From positions 56,255,354 to 56,319,353 of the forward strand of contig NC_068991.1 of NCBI RefSeq assembly GCF_001194135.2: a stretch of DNA of 64,000 bases, given 5' to 3'. Of the stretch, positions 1-12,973 are shown in pieces (the first letter of the stretch is position 1; each line of letters opens with the position of its first letter). The notes below the pieces were generated by a model. The model made no database searches. It was not told where the DNA came from and worked only from the letters and a program-made list of their open reading frames with translations. A program made the position numbers and the translations under genes. This stretch comes from Octopus bimaculoides (taxonomy: Eukaryota).

Positions 1-820
1 ACCCCTATCAGTGTCGGATTTAGACAGAATAATTAGTGTCTTTGTTAGGGCTATCTTAAAATAAGAATAACAGTAAGATGTTGGGGTGGGAGACTAGGTA
101 GGGTAGGTGACTGTGGTGGTGGTTGGGGTGGGGAAGGGTGGGGGCATAAGGTAGTGATGTGGGGGATGGTAGGAGTAAGGGCACTTGCTGCCGCTATAAT
201 TTCTATACTTGTGTCTTCACTTGAAGGGTTCTTAAGGATTTCAGGGACCAGGTGTTGCTGAAGAGAAACAAGGGCAAACTGAAGTTTAATTTAGTTGCAT
301 TAGAACACACACGTGTTGTGTGTGTGCACGTGCATGTGTTAGGTGTATGCACATGTAAGATGCATGTGCGTTTGTGTGTGTGTCTTTGTGCTGGTGTTTG
401 TCCCACAAACTACTTGACAACCAGTGTTGGTTTGTTAACATCACTGTTACTTGGCAGCTCAGCAAAAGAGACTGAGAGAATAAATATCAGACTTTAAAAA
501 AAAAACAAAAAAAAAAACACTGGGGCTAATTTCAAGGTAGTGTCCCCACATCGCCACAGTCCATTGACTGAAACCAGCAAACAAGTACAATATCTTCCCC
601 TTTTTTCTTTTCTTTTCTTTCCCACCCTATGTCCACCTGCATTCATATGTAAACAACAAACAAAACTACCCTTTTCAAAGTTCTTGCTTCAATCAATACA
701 CCCATCTATTTAGTAGTTTGTAAGAATTCACAAGCACTGCCTCTAAATCTAGCAGAACTTTTTGATTGGTGTAGCATGATTAATATCCTGAAGTCAAAAC
801 AACAAGTCAATCCTAAGAAC

Positions 821-968
821 ATTAATGCAAAATTGTCTGAAGAAGTATGCATGTTGAATTCAGGGACTCCCCTAGAGTCCATGAATAATATTTAATAATA
901 CCTTATGGATGTGGTGGGGTAGTCCCATAAAAATACATGTGCCGAAACATATGTAGCAATGCATTAAT
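821..968 (+). ncRNA. Type I hammerhead ribozyme motif with a long stem-loop II (Penelope-like element type)
   Basis: Core CTGAAGA at 837-843 and GAAA at 944-947. Palindromic helix III CATATG (948-953), then the GUA cleavage triplet (953-955). Helix I is ATTAATGC-AAA-ATTGT (821-836) pairing with GCAAT-GCATTAAT (956-968): 5+8 bp around a 3-nt bulge. Helix II (TGCATGT 848-854 / ACATGTG 935-941) has an imperfect base and encloses about 80 nt that include a GGACTC/GAGTCC hairpin. Confidence 0.7.
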
Positions 969-1385
969 AAAAATATAAAAATCTCCATCTGTGAAATATT
1001 TATCGTTAATATATATTGTTGCTATTATGCAAAAGTGTCGTAAGTCCAAAATGTTGCCTTTTCAGAAAACGAAAAAAATAGTTTCACCATTCCACAGCAA
1101 AACTGTTGTACTACACTTTGACAATTTTTCATATCTTGACATCTGAAGCAGCTGGAAATACAATAGCTTGATCAAAAGAACTTGTTATTGCAAGCAAAAA
1201 TAAATATAGGGAAAAAGAAAAAAAAAATTTGGCCAAATTTGGACATACGACAGTTTAACATAATAGCAATGATATATATATGTTAATATTTGTTTTGGTT
1301 CAGTTATAATAAAAAAACAATTTTATGTTAAACTGATGGGTTACTCTGTACTTTTGTAAAGTACAATTTATTATCCTTAAGAATG

Positions 1386-1435
1386 TTGACAGTGACTTCG
1401 AAGTTTCGGCCAGTTGAGCCATCATCAGACAGCAA
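1386..1435 (-). ncRNA. Minimal type I hammerhead ribozyme motif (Penelope-like)
   Basis: Minus strand reads ttgctgt-CTGATGA-t-GGC-tcaactg-GCC-GAAA-C-TTCGAA-G-TC-actgtcaa. The core is intact, the helix III loop TTCGAA is palindromic and the cleavage triplet is GUC. Helix I is imperfect (one U-U mismatch and a bulge). Confidence 0.75.
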
Positions 1436-1480
1436 GTCTGTTGATGGGTTAAAAGGCTGTAACTTTGAAGTTACTGTTCA
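1436..1480 (+). pseudogene. Decayed mirror-image copy of the 1386-1435 hammerhead
   Basis: gt-CTGTTGA-tggg-ttaaaa-ggct-GTAA-c-tttgaa-g-TT-actgttc aligns colinearly with the reverse complement of 1386-1430. Core substitutions: CUGAUGA to CUGUUGA, GAAA to GUAA, GUC to GUU. Confidence 0.5.
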
Positions 1481-1517
1481 TAATATTCTTGTTTAAGAAT
1501 AAAAGGATTTATATATA

Positions 1518-1673
1518 GGAGTGGCTGTGTGGTAAGTAACTTGCTTACCAACCACATAGTTCCGGGTTCAGTCCTACTGCGTGGCACCTTGGGCAAGTGT
1601 CTTCTACTATAGCCTAGAGCCGACCAAAGCCTTGTGAGTGGATTTGGTAATCGGAAACTGAAAGAAGCCCGTC
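1518..1673 (+). mobile_element. tRNA-derived SINE, family A head (representative copy)
   Basis: ggagtggctgtgtggtaag...ggttcagtcc...accttgggcaagtgtctt...ggaaactgaaagaagcccgtc, followed by (CA/TG)n. Has an A/B-box-like head and a CORE-like ACCTTGGGCAAGT motif. Similar copies at about 2630, 3840, 7940(-), 9975(-), 13755, 19210(-), 21490(-), 25765, 37470, 41620(-), 43400(-), 46855, 47090, 55267, 59890(-) and 63280. Confidence 0.85.
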
Positions 1674-1702
1674 ATAGAAAAATGTGTATATATACACACA
1701 CA

Positions 1703-1748
<46 letters not shown>

Positions 1749-2629
1749 NNNNNNNNNNNNNNNNNNNNNNNNNNNNNNNNNNNNNNNNNNNNNNNNNNNN
1801 NNNNNNNNNNNNNNNNNNNNNNNNNNNNNNNNNNNNNNNNNNNNNNNNNNNNNNNNNNNNNNNNNNNNNNNNNNNNNNNNNNNNNNNNNNNNNNNNNNNN
1901 NNNNNNNNNNNNNNNNNNNNNNNNNNNNNNNNNNNNNNNNNNNNNNNNNNNNNNNNNNNNNNNNNNNNNNNNNNNNNNNNNNNNNNNNNNNNNNNNNNNN
2001 NNNNNNNNNNNNNNNNNNNNNNNNNNNNNNNNNNNNNNNNNNNNNNNNNNNNNNNNNNNNNNNNNNNNNNNNNNNNNNNNNNNNNNNNNNNNNNNNNNNN
2101 NNNNNNNNNNNNNNNNNNNNNNNNNNNNNNNNNNNNNNNNNNNNNNNNNNNNNNNNNNNNNNNNNNNNNNNNNNNNNNNNNNNNNNNNNNNNNNNNNNNN
2201 NNNNNNNNNNNNNNNNNNNNNNNNNNNNNNNNNNNNNNNNNNNNNNNNNNNNNNNNNNNNNNNNNNNNNNNNNNNNNNNNNNNNNNNNNNNNNNNNNNNN
2301 NNNNNNNNNNNNNNNNNNNNNNNNNNNNNNNNNNNNNNNNNNNNNNNNNNNNNNNNNNNNNNNNNNNNNNNNNNNNNNNNNNNNNNNNNNNNNNNNNNNN
2401 NNNNNNNNNNNNNNNNNNNNNNNNNNNNNNNNGGGGGGGGGGAGAAAAAAGAAAAAGCGAAATACAGAGGTGTAAAATGTTTTGCTGATAAGATTATAAG
2501 ACAGTGATAGTATGAATGCACTTCTCACATAATATCTCTGGTTTGAATGATTGTTAAAATAACTCCCACAGTAAACAAACTGTGTGCATGTGTGTATAAT
2601 ATGTTTGCGCACATGTGTGTATATACACA

Positions 2630-2962
2630 CACACATATGTAACCACATGGTTCCGAGTTAAGTCCCACTCTGTGGCACCTATGGAAAGTGTCCTCTACTA
2701 TAGCCTCAGGCCAACCAAAGCCTTGTGAGTGGATCTGGTAGATGGAAACTGAATGAAGCCCGTCATATATGTGTGTATGTGTTTGTGTCTGTTTTTATCA
2801 CCCCACCATTGCTTGACAATGAATGTTGGTGTGTTTACGTTCCTGTTGTAACTTAGCAGTTCGGCAAAAGCGACCAATAGAATAAGTTCTGGGGTCAACT
2901 TGTTTGACTAAAGGCAGAGCTCCAGCGTGGCCACAGTCAAATGACTGGAATAAGTGAAAAAG
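2630..2962 (+). mobile_element. Family A SINE, head plus 3' tail module
   Basis: The head is followed by a short TG tract and then the tail ccccaccattgcttgacaa...taacttagcagttcggcaaaag...ctccagc.tggccacagtcaaatgactg. The same tail occurs alone in many copies (e.g. about 9730-9930, 21310-21480, 30700-30860, 34430-34620, 43210-43350 on - and 55680-55875 on +). Confidence 0.8.
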
Positions 2963-5220
2963 AATACACACACACACACACACATAAACATATACATACA
3001 TATACACATGCATACATATATGTACATATAAGCATACATACACACCTACATATATATGTATATATATATATATAGATACATATATGGATGTATGTAGATA
3101 TAAGAATTCAAGCCAATTCAAGAATTCACACTAGGTATGGTAGTTGTGGTGGAGGTGACGGCGGTAGTGTTTGAAGGTAATTGTGGGATGTTCCAAAAAT
3201 AATACAGGGTAACTGTCACCAAAACTAGTTTTCTTTTTTTTTTTTTTTGTGACAAATTATTTCCTTGAGTCTAAAACAAATAAACTGCTTGGGGATTTAT
3301 GCTAAATGTAAAAAGAATGTTGGGAAAGATTTTAGCACTGGCCAGCAGTCGCTTCAGGTCAGCAAGTGTATGACTAGAAGCCTGAACAAGTTTACTGAGA
3401 TCCGGCAGAATTCCCTTAGGAACAAACTTTCTTGGTCTGCCCTCATGTCTATCTAAGTAGGTTTACACATTTATAATTAGCATTTTAGTCTAATTGTGTT
3501 ATCATTATTGTGATAAGAACAAAGGTGTCGAGTTGGCAGAATTGTTAGAAAGCCAAACACAATGCTTAGCAGCATTTTTCTTAACTCTTCACATTCTGAG
3601 TTCAAAGCTTGCTGATGCTAATTTTGCCTTTCATACCTTAAAGGTTGATAAAATAAAGTACCAGTCAAGTACTAGGATTGATGTAATTGACTTAGCCTCT
3701 CTTCATAGAATTGTGACGCTTGAACCTTGTAATGGACCAGTGATCCATTCAAGGGAATGTTGTCATGGAAATCAAGTGACAAGCCTTATGAGTTTCAGGG
3801 TTCAAGGAAAAAGAAAAAAAAAACTATCATAGACATGGGTGTGGCTGTGTGGTAAGAAGCTTGCTTCCCAGCCACATGGTTCTGGGTTCAGTCCCACTGT
3901 GTGCTACCTTGGGCAAGTGCCTTTTACTATGGCCTTGGGCTGATCAAAGCACTGAGTGGATTTGGTAGAAGGAAACTGAAAGAAGCCCATCATATATATG
4001 TGTGTTTGTCTTTTGCTACCACTTGGCATCTTGACAGTCTCAGGTCAACCAAAACCTTGTGAGTGGATTTGGTAAATGGAAACTAAAAGAAACCTGTAAT
4101 GTGTGTGTGTCTTTGTGCTTGCTTTCCACCACTGATTGACAACTGGTGTTGGTGTGTTTATATCACTGTAACTTAGCAATTTGGCATAGGAGACTGATAA
4201 AATGAGTGCCATGCTTACAAACAAGAAAAAAAAAAACACTATTGGGGGTCAATTCATTTGACTAAAAATTCTTCAGCACAGTGCTCTGGCATGGACAGAA
4301 TCTCATGTCAAACAAGTAAAAGATAAGAAATAAAAGATCAAAGTTGTTTTACATAAGAAATCTTGTAACCCATTGCATCACTATGCTGGCACTAAAATAG
4401 GTTCTAGCTGTATACCATATAGCAATGAATCAACCACTTAGAGCTTGTTTTTTTCGTTTTTTTCAAGGGTTGTATTTGTGTGTGTCTATGTGCACAGAAG
4501 GATTTCTGAACAATCCTGAGGGATTAACAAAATACTTGCCAGTGATTACAGTTCTCTCTTGTTTATAGTGGCATGTCCATGTATTTCTATCAAGAACAAC
4601 TAACACATAGAATGGGAGGTGCCTTGGAATGTGGTAATAGGAAATGATGAATCAACCATGCAGTAGTAGGTCAGGGTCAGCCCTCAATAAACTTAGTAAT
4701 TCCTGTTCCAGAAACTTCTATTCTACTCTGAAACGAGCAGATAAATTTATAAAACGAATCCAAGATCTGGATTTCTTCAATATGCAAAGCAACAAGGATT
4801 TTGGTTTATATCTTTTGACAAAGACCTTATGATGTTGTTTAGTTCCAGGTGGACCTTGATTGAATAAACCTTATGATAAATGTTCCAGCTATTGCCATCC
4901 AGCATTTCTGTAAATAAGGAACTACACTGTCTTGTGTGTCCTTTTTTCTTTTACCATGGACAGTTGAGTGTGATTTGAAGGAGTTTTGTTGCAATTTATA
5001 GATCTCAGTTGCTGGTTTACGGACATTCTGAGAAGTTTACTGCTAAAAGTAAAGGTTAACTCTCAAAGAGATCTGGAATAGCTGTCCCTTGAAGCCCTCA
5101 TCTCACAGGAAAGGAAAAGAGTATGTAAGGTGTAGGGGTGGGGTGGGGCAAAAAAACTGAAAGTTTTTGAAAACAAAATTGTTTTCGGAATGCTAATTTC
5201 TGTTGTATGAAACAGAAATA

Positions 5221-5262
<42 letters not shown>

Positions 5263-5907
5263 AGGACGGGTGGGGGTAGGAAGAGGAACTACTCTTTTCT
5301 TTTCCCATGGGGGTAAAGAGCTTGGAGTAATAGCTATTCCAAAATTCTGCCAAAAACAATCTATATATAGATCCTTTGTCAGTATAGAAAAACAAATTCT
5401 AAACTGATAAAGTCGATAAATGATAAAAAAAAGAAAAAAACAACCATTTTATAGGGAAAAAAAAGACAAAGAAAAATTAAAGGAAAACACATTGGCAAAA
5501 ATATGGGGAGACCTTCCAAACCAGCAGAATATTAAAAACCTAAATTAAGGTGAGAATTGGTGGATGGTCGTACAATGGATTGATTTATTATACATATTAC
5601 AAGGTGACCAGCTCCACTTGAAAAGGGGAGATAATCTCAAGAGTCAAGTATTCCCCAAAATTGGCAAGCCATTAAAGAAAAAGACAGGGTTATTGCCTGG
5701 AGATAAGACAATCTGGGGTACATGTTTCTGGCTCAGTCTTCATCAACACAGCACTTGTGCAATCTTTTTCTCCAGTAGCTAAGAAACTTAGACTTATACA
5801 TATAAGAGGTAGAACACATTTTTGGTCAAGGCAGTACCTCAGCATAGCCTACAGTCTGAGTGAAACAGGTAAAAGGTAAAAATTAAAAAATAATTGCAAC
5901 ATTGGTG

Positions 5908-6288
5908 GTTGGCACTCCGTCGGTTACGACAACGAGGGTTCCAGTTGATCCGATCAACGGAACAGCCTGCTCGTGAAATTAACGTGCAAGTGGCTGAGCA
6001 TTCCACAGACACGTGTACCCTTTATGTAGTTCTCGGGGAAATTCAGCGTGACACAGAGTGTGACAAGGCTGGCCCTTTGAAATACAGGTACAACAGAAAC
6101 AGGAAGTAAGAGTGAGAGAAAGTTGTGATGAAAGAGTACAACAGGGTTCACCACCATCCTCTGCCGGAGCCTCGTGGAGCTTTAGGTGTTTTCGCTCAAT
6201 AAACACGCACAACGCCCGGTCTGGGAATCAAAACCGCGATCCTACAACCGCCATTTCGCTGCCCTAACCGCTGGGCCATTGCGCCACC
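5908..6288 (-). mobile_element. tRNA-headed SINE, family C (near full length)
   Basis: Minus strand begins ggtggcgcaatggcccagcggttagggcagcg (tRNA-like 5' end) and has the body gttgatccgatcaacggaacagcctgctcgtgaaattaacgtgcaagtggctgagc. Partial copies at about 8840-9110(+), 11220-11530(-), 16250-16520(+), 30915-31140(-), 31235-31480(-) and 61850-61990(-). Confidence 0.85.
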
Positions 6289-6639
6289 ATTATATGGAAT
6301 GATAAACTCAAATCGAGAGAGAGAGAGGAGCTGTTACAACAAACTTTAGTACTCAGTAGGCCAAAATTGGTGACTGGTTGTTGCTGTTATTTCATGTGAA
6401 CACTGCTTAATAGATATTTGAGGGACAATGTATAAAGACCACAACAGCCGCATTACATCATAAACTCCTCTGTGTAGAGAAATTTTCAAGGGAAGGAAGC
6501 AGGGGAGGGGGGCATTACAAATAGACCCTCTCAAAAGCCAGATTCTCCTCCACTCATTCTCCACCACACGCAACACATACAAACACCACTACCACCACCA
6601 CCACCACCACCACCGAAACTTGCTAAACTTTAGTCACAG

Positions 6640-6918
6640 TCAGATCATTCTGAATTTCACAGTACTTCTCTACTCATCCTTCCTGACAATGAGATTCTCA
6701 ATGGCAACTTGATCTGAGGAAAGGGAGGGGAGAGAGAGAGAGCGAGCGAGAGAGAAACAGAGAAAGAAAAAAGACATAGAGAGGGGGAAGCAGAAACAGT
6801 CAGAAGCATGCAAGTCGGCTTCTTCCTCTTCCTACCTCCCTATCTGCTGTGAAGGACTCTACACTCCTCCACCACCTCTGCCTCGAACTGGCAGCCAAAC
6901 ACCAACAGAAGTAGCAGG
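6640..6918 (+). other. Putative non-coding 5' exon / promoter region of a + strand gene (5' end uncertain)
   Basis: Near-consensus donor CAGG|GTAAGT (GT at 6919-6920) ends a repeat-free block with GA- and CT-rich tracts. The block contains a short uORF (6808-6852, MQVGFFLFLPPYLL*). Confidence 0.45.
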
Positions 6919-7152
6919 GTAAGTAGAGGAGTGTTAACCCCACCACCACCAACAACAGCACCACCTCTTCCCTCCTCCCTATAACACCTCAACTGGCTAC
7001 CATGACAACTAAACTTAAACCTCTCCTGTGTTGCTGATAAGAGAGAGGAAGAGAGGGAAGGAAAGAGAGAGAGATAGAGAAAGGGTGGTGGCAGTGGTGG
7101 TGGTAACAGTGTGGATCTGATACCCTGGCCAAGAAACATTTTGTTTTCACAG

Positions 7153-7174
7153 GTGTCACTTCCACTACATATGG
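7153..7174 (+). CDS. 22-nt exon carrying the probable start codon (ATG G, phase-1 intron)
   Basis: Branch-like CTGAT near 7117, acceptor CATTTTGTTTTCACAG|, exon GTGTCACTTCCACTACATATGG, donor |GTGAGT. ATG is at 7171-7173. Confidence 0.55.
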
Positions 7175-7259
7175 GTGAGTACTTGAGTGAGTGAGTATGT
7201 GTGTGTATGTAGGTGTGTGAGTACTTGTGTCTATATATATATATATATATATAAAACAT

Positions 7260-7310
<51 letters not shown>

Positions 7311-7433
7311 CATACATACATACACAGAGTTAAGTATACAGTTCATCTTTATCTGTATCAGTGTACACATATACGCATGTAACCACATAACTGTGTGAGA
7401 GTATGTGTGTGAATGCCAAACAGAAGTGTAAGA

Positions 7434-7468
<35 letters not shown>

Positions 7469-8666
7469 AGAAGCTATAACACGAAGTAGGACAGTACCAA
7501 CTCCAACACTTTGAACACATAATTAACGCCACCCACCATGGCTTCTCCAGATTTCAGCAGTTACAATGTTGGGAAGCTCTTTGTGGTCACTAGACTTGCT
7601 AGTTATAGCAGCCAGAAATATCTTATCTGGACACAGGAGTCAAGAAATACACAAAGTGGAGAGGGGAGGAGACCATAGTTGCAACTCCAGTGATTCTGTC
7701 TAGCTATCTATCATCTACTTGTTCCAGTCACTGGATTGCAGCCATGCTGGGGCACCACCTTGACAGGCTTAGCTAAATAAATTGACCTCAGTACTTTGTT
7801 TAGTTTTATAAGTTTTGTGGGGTTTTTACGTCAGTCTCTTTTGCTGAACTGCTAGTTTATGGAGGACAATGATTATTAAGGAGAGTGAGTAGGTCAAGGG
7901 AGAAAACACAAACACATAAGCACATATATATATGGGTAGCTTCATACAGTTTCTGTCTACCAAATTTACTTAAAAGGTATTGGTTGACATGGGGCTAAAG
8001 GTGCTGCACACTAAGACTGAACCAAGAGTGACATGGTGGCAAAGCAAGCATCTTAATCACATGGCCACAACNNNNNNNNNNNNNNNNNNNNNNNNNNNNN
8101 NNNNNNNNNNNNNNNNNNNNNNNNNNNNNNNNNNNNNNNNNNNNNNNNNNNNNNNNNNNNNNNNNNNNNNNNNNNNNNNNNNNNNNNNNNNNNNNNNNNN
8201 NNNNNNNNNNNNNNNNNNNNNNNNNNNNNNNNNNNNNNNNNNNNNNNNNNNNNNNNNNNNNNNNNNNNNNNNNNNNNNNNNNNNNNNNNNNNNNNNNNNN
8301 NNNNNNNNNNNNNNNNNNNNNNNNNNNNNNNNNNNNNNNNNNNNNNNNNNNNNNNNNNNNNNNNNNNNNNNNNNNNNNNNNNNNNNNNNNNNNNNNNNNN
8401 NNNNNNNNNNNNNNNNNNNNNNNNNNNNNNNNNNNNNNNNNNNNNNNNNNNNNNNNNNNNNNNNNNNNNNNNNNNNNNNNNNNNNNNNNNNAAATATATT
8501 TTAAGAAAACAAAAATTAATAAAAAAAGAATAAAACCCAAATTAATAAAAATGTTAAGTTGCGGATAGCTGTAGTAACTGGAGGTTTCAGTAAACACACA
8601 CCCCTTTTACATACACACACCCCTTTTACATACACACACATATAGCCATAGAGTTATTGTTTTCAG

Positions 8667-8694
8667 CGTACAATTTTCATCATCCCACTACCAA
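8667..8694 (+). CDS. Candidate 28-nt microexon (phase 1 to 2; A-YNFHHPTT-K)
   Basis: TTATTGTTTTCAG| acceptor and AA|GTATGA donor; open in frame after ATG G. Splice signals only. Confidence 0.25.
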
Positions 8695-11107
8695 GTATGA
8701 CATCACCCCTTTCTTCCTTATTCATCTATTACCCCTTCCTTTCTCGTTCATAAACACAAGAGTATCATTATAGTAGATTATCTTAGTAACCATGGGAACT
8801 ATGAAAAAAATACAAAGCCCAGCAACACCACCAGATCATTCTACACATCTTAGTGGTAAGAGTATTCACCTCACAATCATAAGGCAATATGTTGTGTCCT
8901 TGAGCAAGACACTTTATTTCACATTGCACCAGTTCACTCGACTGGCAAAAATGAGTTGTACCTGTTATTCAGTTACATTCTGTGTCACACCTGAATCTCC
9001 CCGAGAACTATGTTAAGCTTGTGTATGTCTTTGGAGTACTCAACCACTTGCATGTTAATTTGCTAAGCAGGCTGTTCCACTGATTGGATCAACTCAAACA
9101 TTTGTCATAATCACCAGAGTGCTATTTTTCTTTTTATCTGTCTAGTTATCTGTCTGTCTATCTACCAATCTACACATACACACATACCATAACAGGCATA
9201 AACATGAATTTATGACTGCATGGCTGTCTAGATATGTGTGTATTGTTGAAAAGTGGTAGTGAGTTGTTATAACCAACTCTTAAAAGACTAATGTAGACAA
9301 TAAAAAGTTTCATCTTGTAAATCCTTGGCAAATAACTGCACTTTACAGCAAGAAATGGTAGCTTTGGTAATGTTCTTCATTCACCAGCTGGTGCCAGATG
9401 GAAGCACTCATTTCCTTTGGGTTAAAAAAAAACCCAACAAAAAACAAAGAAATATAAAAAAAAATAGTGGCTACATGAGAGTTGTACGGATATTCAGGAT
9501 GTGAAACAGAAGTTCGATGGCCTTAAGGTTTGATGTTTTGCAAGATGAGAGGGCAGAGTTCTACAAATAATGTAACCACTCAAAGTTAGTGCTGTAAATG
9601 ACAGTGGTGATGTTGATGGTTGTGGTGAGGCTAATGATTGTGATGGTTGGTGGTGATGATGATGCTGATGGTTATGGTGACGATGATGATAGTGATATTG
9701 ATGGTTAGGAAGTAAGCTTCTTAATTACACGGCCATGCTTTTATCTTATTTGTCATTAGAGTGCGGCCATGCTGGGGCAGCACTTTCAAGTATTTTTGAC
9801 GAATGAACTGACCCCAGTACTTCTATTTTTAAGCTTGGTATTTGTTCTATTAGTTACTCTTGCCGAACTGCTAAGTTACAGGGATGTAAACACACGAACA
9901 TCAATTGTCAAGTGGTGGTGAGGGAGACATGCACACAAACACAAAGACATGTACACAGATGCAAATGTACAAACGACAGGATTTTTCCAGTTACTGTCTA
10001 CCAAATCCATTCACAAGGCTTTGGTTGAACCAAGGCTATAGTAGAAGACACTTGCCCAACGTGCCACACAGTGGGACTGGACACAGAAGCACATGGCTGG
10101 GAAGCAAGCTTCTTACCACACAGCCATTTGTATTCTATACAATATGAATTGGCTTCAAATTTTGGTACAAAGCCAGCAGTTTCAGTGAAGGGGCTAGGTC
10201 AGTTATATCACCCCCGCCTTGTACTCAACTGGCACTTATTTTATTGACCCAGAAAGTATGGAAGGCTAATTTGAGCTTGGTGGGAACTGAACTCAAACAT
10301 AAAAGCAGACGGAATGCTACTAAGTATTTTGTCCAGCGTGCTAATGATTCGGCCAGCTCACCACCGCTGCTCAACAACCAGTGTTGGTTTGTTTATATTC
10401 ACATAACTTAGCAGTTTGGTAAAAAGAGTCCGACAGACTAAGTACCAGGCTTTAAAAAAAAAAGTGAAAATAAGCACTTAAGGGTGATTTGTTCGACAAA
10501 AATCCTTCAAGGTACTGCCGAAGCATGGCCACAGTCCAATGGCTAAAACAAGGAAAAGCTAAAGTAATAAACACAACAAAATATAATAAAATAAAATAAA
10601 ATAAATAAATGAAATAATTAATTAATAAATTTGAATACGAAAATGTATTTTTCGTCAATGACAAAAATAGTCTCTAAGACAAGTTAAGAAATAAACGGTC
10701 AGAATAAATAGCATTGATTTGCAGAAGAGAATGTCAGCTTTTGTCTGGGTAGTGAGTGTAACAATTTTATACATAAATAAATCAACCATCTCTCTCTCTC
10801 TCTCTCTCTCTTGCCTTATCCATCTCCCCCCACCCTTGCTTTACTGCCAATCAATGGTGGTAGTACAAATTGGAATTAATTTTAATGAATGTGAACATCT
10901 CAGCGAAGGAAATATAAATTTGTGTATATGGAGGAGATAGTGGGGGGAAAATTTGATTAGATGACAAAGTAGAAAACTAGTAGGCAATGAAAATTGTACA
11001 AGTTGTTGAGTCACTACAGTGTCGGGGAGTGGGGGGGGGGNNNNNNNNNNNNNNNNNNNNNNNNNNNNNNNNNNNNNNNNNNNNNNNNNNNNNNNNNNNN
11101 NNNNNNG

Positions 11108-11154
<47 letters not shown>

Positions 11155-12008
11155 GACTGTGAAGAAGAAGAGAGGAGATTTCATGTGTGTATGTATGTGC
11201 CTATCAATCACACAAGAACTGGCACTCCGTCGGTTACGACGATGAGGGCTCCAGTTGATCAAATCAACGGAACAGCCTGCTTGTCAAATTAACATGCAAG
11301 TGGCTGAGTACTCCACAGACATGCATGTCCTTAATGTAATTTTCAGGGAGATTCAGTGTGATACAGAATGTGACAAAGCTGACCCTTTGAATTACAGGTA
11401 CAACTCAATTTTGCCAGTTGAGTGGACTTGAGCGACATGAAGTAAAGTGTCTTGCTTAAGGAGACAATGTGCCCCCCCCAGCTATTGAACTCATAACCTG
11501 ACCAACTTGGGCCAAATATCCTAACCACTTAAATATCCAAATATCCTAACTAAATTCGGGACCTTCATCCACAGCAAAATATTTTTTTATAAATTATGAA
11601 AACTCATACTGGCCAAAAATCTTCAAAACTCTTTTTCTGTAAGCAAAACCGTTGTCAGTAGGTCAAGCCTATAATGCTATGTTGATGAGAACCAATGTTA
11701 AAACACGACCATAGTTGTCCCATTGCTTGCAAAATCAGACTTTCCCTACTCTTCCTCCATTGACGATTGAATTTTCTAACACATGAAACTTTGATAACTT
11801 AGCAAGATTGATGCCAATATGTACAAATTATATCAGTTCCAATATATTTAGATACTTACACATCCACACGATATGTGTGTGTGAGTATACTGCAGTTTAG
11901 CAAGTTTTCAATGATATATCTGCTTTAAACATCATACAAAGATTACAATTTTTAACTAATACAGCTGCCATCGCTAATAATGTATGTGTGTGTGTGTGTG
12001 TGTGTATG

Positions 12009-12064
<56 letters not shown>

Positions 12065-12973
12065 NNNNNNNNNNNNNNNNNNNNNNNNNNNNNNNNNNNN
12101 NNNNNNNNNNNNNNNNNNNNNNNNNNNNNNNNNNNNNNNNNNNNNNNNNNNNNNNNNNNNNNNNNNNNNNNNNNNNNNNNNNNNNNNNNNNNNNNNNNNN
12201 NNNNNNNNNNNNNNNNNNNNNNNNNNNNNNNNNNNNNNNNNNNNNNNNNNNNNNNNNNNNNNNNNNNNNNNNNNNNNNNNNNNNNNNNNNNNNNNNNNNN
12301 NNNNNNNNNNNNNNNNNNNNNNNNNNNNNNNNNNNNNNNNNNNNNNNNNNNNNNNNNNNNNNNNNNNNNNNNNNNNNNNNNNNNNNNNNNNNNNNNNNNN
12401 NNNNNNNNNNNNNNNNNNNNNNNNNNNNNNNNNNNNNNNNNNNNNNNNNNNNNNNNNNNNNNNNNNNNNNNNNNNNNNNNNNNNNNNNNNNNNNNNNNNN
12501 NNNNNNNNNNNNNNNNNNNNNNNNNNNNNNNNNNNNNNNNNNNNNNNNNNNNNNNNNNNNNNNNNNNNNNNNNNNNNNNNNNNNNNNNNNNNNNNNNNNN
12601 NNNNNNNNNNNNNNNNNNNNNNNNNNNNNNNNNNNNNNNNNNNNNNNNNNNNNNNNNNNNNNNNNNNNNNNNNNNNNNNNNNNNNNNNNNNNNNNNNNNN
12701 NNNNNNNNNNNNNNNNNNNNNNNNNNNNNNNNNNNNNNNNNNNNNNNNNNNNNNNNNNNNNNNNNNNNNNNNNNNNNNNNNNNNNNNNNNNNNNNNNNNN
12801 NNNNNNNNNNNNNNNNNNNNNNNNNNNNNNNNNNATTTACTGACATATATAGGGAGGAAAGGAGAAGTACGAGGAAGGGGGAGACAATGAAAAGAAGAAA
12901 GAACAGAGATGGGTGTGGGAGAAGGAAGGCAACTCAATAGCAGATACAGTTAAATTAAAATTTATCACCTATC

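Noticed and set aside
125-144. G-quadruplex-type motifs (also 36511-36537)
   Set aside because: Simple G-rich low-complexity tracts with no functional context.
5503-5555. Donor AAG|GTGAGA at 5550 after a short ORF MGRPSKPAEY*
   Set aside because: No acceptor or other support. Could be another leader exon but cannot be supported from sequence alone.
5908-6288. tRNA-like heads in SINEs
   Set aside because: Embedded in multi-copy SINE bodies with no complete cloverleaf, so not tRNA genes.
6840-7532. 230-aa minus-strand ORF
   Set aside because: Low-complexity translation of microsatellites, antisense to well-formed + strand splice signals.
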